A DNA stretch of 64,000 bases, taken from assembly GCF_006345805.1 (NCBI RefSeq), contig NC_043011.1, positions 9,176,001 through 9,240,000 of the forward strand, written 5' to 3'. Source of the DNA: Octopus sinensis (lineage: Eukaryota). The first letter of the stretch is position 1. The number at the start of each line of letters is the position of its first letter. The position numbers and the translations under genes were made by a program. The notes under the pieces were generated by a model. The model ran no database searches. It was not told the DNA's origin and saw nothing but the letters and a program-made list of their open reading frames with translations. Of the stretch, positions 55,126-64,000 are shown piece after piece.

Positions 55126-55879
55126 TTAATGAGATCTCTTGCTGTTCCTGTGGACGAAACCGTGTCCTGTAGACCCCCCCCCATTTTTGTTAATTTTTTT
55201 AAAACTAAGGCTGCTCGCTTAAAATACTTTTATTCATCTTTTTGAAAATTATATTTAACCATTCGCACCATGGTAAATCCGGTTTTAGAAGAAAACTTTG
55301 TGATGCCCCCTCCCTCCACTACCACCCTCCTTTGATGTTCTAAGGACATGTTTACATTGTTCAAGGGTTAATCCAAGTCTATCTGTTTTCAAAACAAGGT
55401 GGACTAAGGCATGTAGAATTAAGTGTCTGTAGGTGGAGTTAATTAAGTATATAGATAGACTGAGAAAACAAGAGAAAGAGAGAGAGAGAGAGAGAGTCTT
55501 ATACTAGCAATGAATAAAGCTCTGAAGTTGGAAATATTTGCCTGATAATATATCAGACAGCCATTCCATCTGTTGAATGTTTCAAGACCAACTTGCACTT
55601 AAAACACAAGATGACGTCATGGCCTTCGAGGATAATTCCAGAGAATGTTCACAGGAACAAAGTTACATGTAAGAGAGAAAGAAAGCTGGCCTTTGCTTCC
55701 TGATATATCTTCAATTAACAGCAATAGTAATTAGGATATCATTAATTGAAGGTGATATAAACTCTAGTTGTCAGCTTTGATAGAAATTTAGTAAAAAAGG
55801 GGGGGGGGGCATTTTATTCAAGACAGTTTTGGAAACAGTTCCGAATTAATTTGTAATGGCGCAGTTTAAACACATACTC

Positions 55880-56072
55880 TATGGCAGGTCTGTACGCCGG
55901 AAAAAATGCTTCTCGATAATTCGTCCGTCTTTACGTTCTGAGTTTAAATTCTGCGAGGTCGACTTCGCCTTTCATCTGTTCTGGGTTGATAAAATAAATA
56001 CCAGTTAAGTACTGGGGTCGATGTAATCGACTCAGCCCTTCCCCATGAAATACCTGGCCTTGTACCAAAATT
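55880..56072 (+). mobile_element. SINE, family C
   Basis: Head with B box gagtttaaattc and family core. Confidence 0.75.
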
Positions 56073-58642
56073 TGAAACATAACTATATGTATATAAGGAT
56101 GTTGCACATACAAAGTTATATTGTTGTGCACGTGTGCGTGTGTATGTGTGCGTGGGTGTAGTTGTTACTGTAAGCAATGCAAACAGCACCGAATGGTGGG
56201 ATTGAAGCCTTCACAACACATTTGTTCAATAGCTGGCTCCAGTATTTTCTTACATACTTTTAATACCATCGACATCCATAAAAATTAATTAATCACAATT
56301 GATCGAAGAAAGTTAATTACTCACAGATTACATTGATTGTTAACATATGTATTAGGTTACAAATGTAGATATAACATCGAACTATCGATAATTTTCCTTA
56401 GTATACGACTGGTACTTAATTTATCGACCCCCAGGTAGGTGAATGTTGACAAAGTCCCTGCCGGTGGGATTTGAAATTAGAAGGGAGAAATTTTGCCAAG
56501 TCCCCAGATGATAATAAAACTGTTTTGTTGGGCAGCCTCAATGGTTCTTTGAGTCACCTGAGAGGATTAGTCTTCTGCTCATGTACAAAGGGCAGAAAAG
56601 TCTAGTGGAACCCTTCCACTGAAAGGGTTTTGACAACTTCAAAACGAAACGAAATAATTTGGCCACCAGTTGTACCTACTTCACTTACCACAAATTCTAC
56701 ACCGTTCATACTAATAAACTGTTTCCATTTTTTATAGAACAAAAACCTATTCTCCTTGGTGGACATTGTTTCAATAATAATGTCATCCCGTCAATATTTA
56801 TGATTAATTTTAGGGATAGTATCACTTGACCAACCTTAGAGATCATTACTGATTCAGTTCAGTGTCTCTCTTCTTCCACCCAATCTCTAATGTGGACATT
56901 AATCAACAGAAACAAGACACATTATAGAACGGGTTTTTACCCCTGATAACAATTTCACCAGATGTCCACCAAATGTTCACTAGACGTTCTGGAAAGACAT
57001 CTTGTGACATTAAATGAATAACAGATAAAACCCTGGTATTCATTATTGATCCCGGTGCAATATTAAAGGCTACAGAAGACGAGTATGATTAATTGATTTG
57101 ATTATAACCGTTAATTCTTGAACTGATCTTAATCCCTGAGATGTAGTACGCAACAACTCGTGTTTTTTGGTTTCAATGGCTTAACTCATGTGGGGGAGGA
57201 GCAACTTCTATGACGATATTTAGGGCCTCCATGTCTGGGTGAGGTAGGAGAAAGTTACCTTCAGACCTCAGCCCCGGTCTATATTTCAAACAAGATGGTC
57301 AAGTATTTTTAAAACAGCGTCTTTCTCTGTTAATAATTACCATCGCTACTTAGGTGACAAATATAACATAGATTTGTATGTTTGCCTGTCATTCCACGAA
57401 TACTAATAACACACTTAGGTGCTAAGTCCACCATGACCCAGTCTCGCCGTTTCATGTACATAGCTAACTCTCTTTAATTAACCTCAAACCTTACAACATT
57501 TCTACATTCATTCTGTTTGGGCTTTCTCAAACTGAAACATTCAAGGATATAGAATTATATTTTTGAACGCTCGCTCAATGTAATCGATTTGGGGCGGTAC
57601 ATACGACAGACTTTGATAATAAGACCCTTTGCTACCAAAGCTTCATCAATGCCAGGGCTTTGTCAAGTCACACGTTTTTAACTATAGTGAGTATACAGTA
57701 TATCTGTTCACACACACACACGCACATACACACCTCTATATCCTTTCACTCTTTTAGAAAAACTATTGGAAACAAATCTTGTTGACTACAAAGCATTTGT
57801 ACTCCTATTAGAGATATCGATCTTGATTAATCCGGTGAAATTTAAAAGAAGATATCTGATCCGACTTCTTATCCTCTGCAACAGACTTGTTGGCAGAACC
57901 ATTTGTGCGTCGCGAAGAATGCCTCTCATTGTTTGCCTTCTTCTCTCTGCATTCTAAGTTCAAATCCTACAGATGCGAACCTGTCCTTTCATCTTTCTGG
58001 AGTCAATATAACCAACTCCCCCACCCCGTTTCTGGCCTTCTGCCGAAGAAACAAATCTTTATTGCACATCCCTCCACACACAATAGTAACGAAATCCATA
58101 TCAACTGGAAAGGCTAATTAAAAGACAAGCCGACCTTGCTTCAGTTTACCAAAACTGGGTTTAAGGTGGGTACTCCAGATTTTCTGGGTACGTAACACTG
58201 CGACCATTTACTGTCTTATATAAAAGAAGGATTGTTTTCTATTCTACTTAGTAACAGAGAAATGGAGTTTAGTCTTCGGTTCTCTCTACATCCTTTCACT
58301 GGTGAAAACTAGAATTAGCAAGTATATCTCCCTCCGAGCATTAACCTCTCCACTTCTACTTATCCATTTCGATTTACCGAAAATCAGTCTGATTGAACAG
58401 ACTGATAAAAACTCTCAGGGGCAGGATTCCAGCGTGGTCGCAGTTCAATCAAGTCAGTAAAAGCATAATTATATCCAACAAATAACTTAACAAACACGAA
58501 TTTATTTTCTTTTAGTTTTTGCTTAATTTTTCCCATAAAGTTGTTAATAAAATATAATCAGGTAAAAAATATTTCTTAACCAAACTATTAATTAATTCCC
58601 AATTTACAACTTTATAATAATTATATTTTGTGTCTGTGCATA

Positions 58643-58676
<34 letters not shown>

Positions 58677-61600
58677 ATTTACTCCGTAATTTTAAACAGA
58701 AGTAAAATTTTTATTAATTGTAGGAATACTTTCTTTTAACAAGAAAGAAATCCAGATCCCAGATTTGTAGAGAAAGAAACGAGACGTACATCGTTGTGGT
58801 GTTTATGCCTTTCCAAAGAAATCTCTGACATCAGTGAAATTAAATTGCAGAAAGCAGTAATTAATTCTGTTTATTAGCTCGAAGAAAGGGAGCTCTCATC
58901 TAATTTTCTGATACTCATTATAGACAATAATGATGATGATGATAATGAAAGTGATTTTGGAGCAATAGAGAAAGAAAGAAATAAAGAAAGAAAGAAATGT
59001 TTGGTCGGGGTGTACAGAATTTCGAGTGAATAAGCTGCAGTAACTTCAAGCCTAGCTCCAGTATCGAGTTACACTCAATAGGTTAGTAGTAGTAGTGGTG
59101 GTAAAAGTAGTAGTAGTAGTTGACTCGTTAGGTATTATGTTCAGGTGAAACTCATCAGCTGCCGATACCAAGAAGCAAGTAAGCAGCCAGAAGAATCACC
59201 ATAGAAGTATGTAAATGTTGTGAACGGTAATTCTATCCTCGTCCCTCTTCAAAGCACCACCAAATATGTCTCAGATAAAGTTACCATTCCCCAAGTCTGT
59301 CAGCTGAACAACTTGTAATCCAAAACATCTTAATTGATCAACAAATTCCAACAATTGAATTCCTCCTCGTTTTGGCTTCAATTTTATTTTAATACACAAT
59401 ATTTAACCATTCTGGCTTCACCGTATTAAATTTTTTTTTACCAGTTTGTCAGGGGAAGGATAGGGCTCCACCCCTACCCCTGGATGAATGGAAAGACTTA
59501 TTCTTAAACTAGAGACCTGACCCGAATACTGGCAACAGAGGAGATACTGCCAAAGGTACTCAGGGACCAGTGTTAAACTGGGAGACAGGTTATACCAACC
59601 ACAGAACGTAATGATCAGGGCACAAATACTACAAGGTATTTTGTCGCACGATCTAACAACTCTTTCACTTCGAACCAACCACCATCAATTTAAACTACTT
59701 GGACACGTCCGAGGAAAAGATGGAGTTGATTTAATATATGAGTGGTGTTAAAACAATGTTTGTGGTTTTTAAGGAGTTTTAGGGGACACTAAAATGGACG
59801 CCGATGTAATTTAACCATCACAACTAAATGCTGGTGTCAAATTTTGGCATAATGCCACTTCCACCTAAATATAGTAATGTATTTAATTCGGACTTTGATA
59901 GTCAGAATTGTATCCTACATCGCACTTTCTTACATAGGTACAAGATCTTGAGATTGAGAGAGAGAGAAGGGGGGGAGAGAGAAAGAGAGACAGACATACA
60001 GACAGACACACAGAAATTATGATAAGTTTGCAGTTTTAAAGGTTATCCGCTAATAAAATGAATATAAATGGTTTAATCCAAGAATCGTTAAACCTCGTTT
60101 GACTACGAACGCTCTCTCATCAGTATCGGCGGTTATCTATCTTCAGCTAAAACCATTTACAGCACCAACTTTCGAATAACTTGTTTTGTTGCAATCTTAT
60201 AAAGACAAGTAATTAATAGGTAATTAATTAACAGTGATCACTAGGGGCGCTAGCTATGGACGATTGAGTCGATACAGTGTCACTTTATGAAGCGAAAGAT
60301 TGGTAACTCGTATCTTATCGCCATTATTGTGTCGTCTTTGATATATAACGCTCGATGAGTCAGTCTACCTAGCTGTAAGCAGGTACCACAATTTGTACAG
60401 CTTGAGGCTGTAAGAAGTATCGATAGCATTGTGTAAGGCTTTTTTTTTCACCTACAAGTACAAAGTGTTGGGTACATAGCTTGGTAGGTCTCCTTTGCGA
60501 TTCGTTGGTTTCAGTTCCTTAAATCTTCTGGAATTATTATTTTGTCCAGTCTATTTTTAGAAATATTAAAGTTGCAACACAAATATTTGCTGAACCAAGA
60601 AATATATTTTTCTCTGTTTAATAAATGTTTTCCGAGAACAATTCTCTTTACAAAATATAGAACAACGTTGATTGTAAAGTATTTATCGTTTATCGAACAT
60701 TGATTGTTCCTTTGTCGGACTGAAGATATCCCGAAGGAGTGACACTTAACCCGGGACATACGATACTAGGCTGTGTGTATGTGTGTGTGTGTGCTTGAGA
60801 GAGAGGGGGTGATGGAGGGAGAAGAGAGAGGTGAGGGGGAGAAGAGAAAGCGAGAGAGGGGGTTGAGAGAGAAGAGAGAGAGAGAGAGGTTTTTATAAAG
60901 GCTTCGTGGTGGTTTAATTAAGTCCTGACTTCGATTTTTCTGAACTGATCATGAACCTCACATAATTTATTTAACAGTATGGATTAAGCAGGATCTTTAG
61001 ATGTTTACATTTGACGATGGTTACCAGTTTAGATGTGCATGCTTGTTAAAGAGTTTGCCTTTGTGGTGTGTCGGAGGAACCACGGAGAGAAAGGGAGAGA
61101 CACGGGCAGACATCAAGTGTCTGGTGATGAGCAGTTATTAAGACTCCGATTGTAATGGCGTCGAGGACTTGCTCTCTATTCGAATGAGATTTGTTGTTCT
61201 TTTTGAAAATCAAACATCAATTCAAGCTGAATACATGAAGTGGTGATGGTGGTGGGCTAGGAATTATCTCTCATATCTTAATCCAGCAGATATTGGGCAA
61301 GGATAGTAATCGATAGAGAATTAGAAAATTAACAAAAATATTCGGTATTTTTTCAAATCTGTAACATCTTAGAATCGAAGAGGAAGTTTCGAGGAAACCA
61401 ATACTTGAGACCCCAGTTCGTTCGATTCTCTATTGAAACCCTTTTATTTCATTTATGCAGCTAATGTCATTGAGAATAAGGTGCATGCGTGTCACACATT
61501 CCTCATATAAAGTCTGAAGGAATCAGTGTAAGAAAGAAGAAGAAAAGGGCGGAGGAGGAGGAGTAGAAAAAGAAAGACATCAAAGGAAGACAGAGGGAAA

Positions 61601-61963
61601 AGAAGAAGAAGACGAAAACTAGAAGAAATAGCTTAAGTGACATGAACAACCACATCATTTTCTAAGAGTTGATAGTAAGTAAAAAAAAAAAGGTGTTTTT
61701 GATCCCCGAAAATGGTAAGAGATAAGATATCAAGGTGGTGGTGGTGGTGGGTAAGCAAGATGGAAGGAAATTTACGCATCGCTTTTCCAGCCTGTAATAT
61801 ATCTGCAGGTAATCAAAAACTAGCAGATGTTGTGTGTTTTGGGGGAAAGAGGATGAGAGAACTGCCGCGGTGGAGAGGGTGGGGAGTAGAGCATGAAATT
61901 TCTAGAATCTTTTCTATTACTACTCACTGATTCTTAATATCTCATTCCACACAACACCCACCC

Positions 61964-62034
61964 TATCTATCTATCTATCTCTCAGCCTATCTATCTATCT
62001 ATCTATCTGTATATCTATCTATCTATCTCTCAGC

Positions 62035-62076
<42 letters not shown>

Positions 62077-62102
62077 GTATATCTATCTATCTATCTCTCA
62101 GC

Positions 62103-62141
<39 letters not shown>
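61964..62141 (+). repeat. (TCTA)n microsatellite with higher-order units (ctcagcc / ctgtat interruptions)
   Basis: Direct reading; the ctctcagcc interruption occurs three times. Confidence 0.9.
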
Positions 62142-62253
62142 AATCCGGGGTGTGTCGTAACACACATTATTATTAATTTCATTTTTGTAAAAGTTGACTA
62201 CTTTTCCATTACTTCAAGCAATCGTCAGATGGAACAGTAATAAAAGTATGTTT

Positions 62254-62305
<52 letters not shown>

Positions 62306-62401
62306 CGCATCAATTTCTGACGTCTGTTTAATTGATAATACCTTTCTCCATTTTGTTTTTTTGTGTGTACATTATTATCGTTATTATTATTATTATTATT
62401 A

Positions 62402-62439
<38 letters not shown>

Positions 62440-64000
62440 TCCGTTGTTGCAATTTAATTGGTGTGTTCATCCTGAGAGGAAAGGTGTGTTAAAAATAACT
62501 TGGCAAACAGATGCCGAAAAAATAATCAGAAAATATGGCGTTGGTGAAGCAGAAGGAAAATGTTGAAATTTATTTTCTGGAACCATTTTGGCAGAATTGA
62601 GTAGAATTTAGCCATTATGTAGAATAGACATATACATGGATTCCATTGGCACCAAACCACAAACTAATAAGGTACTTATTCTAAATGATGTTTAGTATGA
62701 ACCTGGTAGAGATTCTATCGACCCACAAGTTATGAAAGAGGAATCCAACAGCGATGGGTATGAAGTGAGATACCGCAAGGTGGTCTGACGATTTCTTTGG
62801 CATCTCCGCCCCCTTTGTATAGTGCATGTGTGTGTGTGTGTGTGGTGGGTGATCATATATGTGTGCCTCGAAGCAAAGTTAGCTCCTTTGAAACTCTTAC
62901 AGTTTGCACACACACGTATTTTTTTTTTTTTTTTTTTGACAGCTTATTTTAACACATATTCTATGAATCGAAAGAATATTGATAACAACAACAACAACAA
63001 TATTTCAAGGATTTTTACGACTAAATGATAATAAGGTTGCAATAAAAAATGTAAAATACTTGATTTTTAGTGACTAAATAACTTTGGTAAAGTAATATTG
63101 GTCACAGATTTATATTCGTCCTTGAACATTTCTTCTTTACAGAAGGCGTCGGAATATTTTACAGAACCAATACTCCAAGATGTTATGGTATTCGCTGTTA
63201 GTCCCATGTCAAGCCTGATCGAACACGCTTACGACGACAGACCTTCCAACCGTAATCATCCAGTCTTTTGTATATCTCGGACTTCACTATTGAAGGTGTC
63301 CTTCATGGTTTTAAAAATTGTAAGGCATAATTTGAGAGGATTTAGCTGCTCTTTCTAACAGACTTCCTCCTTTGGCTTGAATAACGATTCAAGTTGTTTG
63401 AACAGGTAAAGGAAGCGGTAAGTTCTCCAATAGTCAAACGTATGACTCGGTTTCGATTCCTGGATGAGAGAAACTAATGAAACCAAATTTGTTCACTTAA
63501 GGCTACCAGAAAAGTGATAAACGCCACAACTTCTCACTTTCTTTCATCTGTATGTAATTTAGACATTGTACTTTATACGATGCATTAAAATCATTATAAT
63601 TATTACTGTTGTCATTATTATTATCAATACCAGCTATACTAATGCCCTTCCAATACAATGGAATTCAGCAATAATTAAGCATCTGGCAAAATGATAACCG
63701 CGATCTAGTTTCGAGTCTATTTTAACTCTTAAGAAATGCATGAACGTCACATAATCTTATCACTGTAAATTTGAATCTATTTGTCTTTAACATCAATTTT
63801 TCTCCATTGATATTTAAATTCTTTTTTTTATTTTTCTTAAAGATAATTCTTTTCTTTTAAGTCATATTTTCGATTTGGTGATTAGAGTTCGAATCTAACC
63901 AACATCAAATGAATTTATGGCGGATTTATTTTACTTTAAATACAATTAGAGAATAGAGTCAATAAAAAGAGTACGGGAGAGAGTACATCATTGGGAGTAG

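Noticed and set aside
59145-59178. 34-nt plus-strand exon-like segment with good splice sites
   Set aside because: Isolated, wrong strand for ELC-B, and no recognisable product.
60090-60126. CTGATGAG on the minus strand as another hammerhead
   Set aside because: No GAAA partner and no consistent stems.
51842-64000. First coding exon of ELC-B (expected to encode roughly MSQLTKDEIE)
   Set aside because: A manual scan found no matching exon with a phase-1 donor. It probably lies beyond the window, though a very short exon could have been missed.

Overview
AT-rich, microsatellite-saturated animal genomic DNA, most likely a coleoid cephalopod and probably Octopus (inference from the gene content and SINE types). 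Two host genes are recognisable, both myosin essential (catalytic/alkali) light chain paralogs, arranged tail-to-tail about 35 kb apart. On the + strand, the last two coding exons (5991-6077, 13772-13809) belong to a divergent paralog. On the - strand, four coding exons (51841 to 49084) belong to a gene very like squid mantle myosin LC-1; its first coding exon was not found in the window, but a CArG/MEF2/E-box cluster lies at about 54.7-54.9 kb. The rest is transposon debris: RTE, CR1, L1/Tx1 and Dong/R4-like LINEs, two Penelope-like elements, two related Helitrons, a mariner, three tRNA-derived SINE families and very long simple repeats. The most unusual signal is five minimal type-I hammerhead-ribozyme-like motifs. 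Two lie in the 3' ends of the Penelope elements; three lie in short non-coding units that carry an inverted copy of their own sequence. No rRNA, true tRNA or CRISPR array was found. Most ORFs in the supplied track are microsatellite artefacts.
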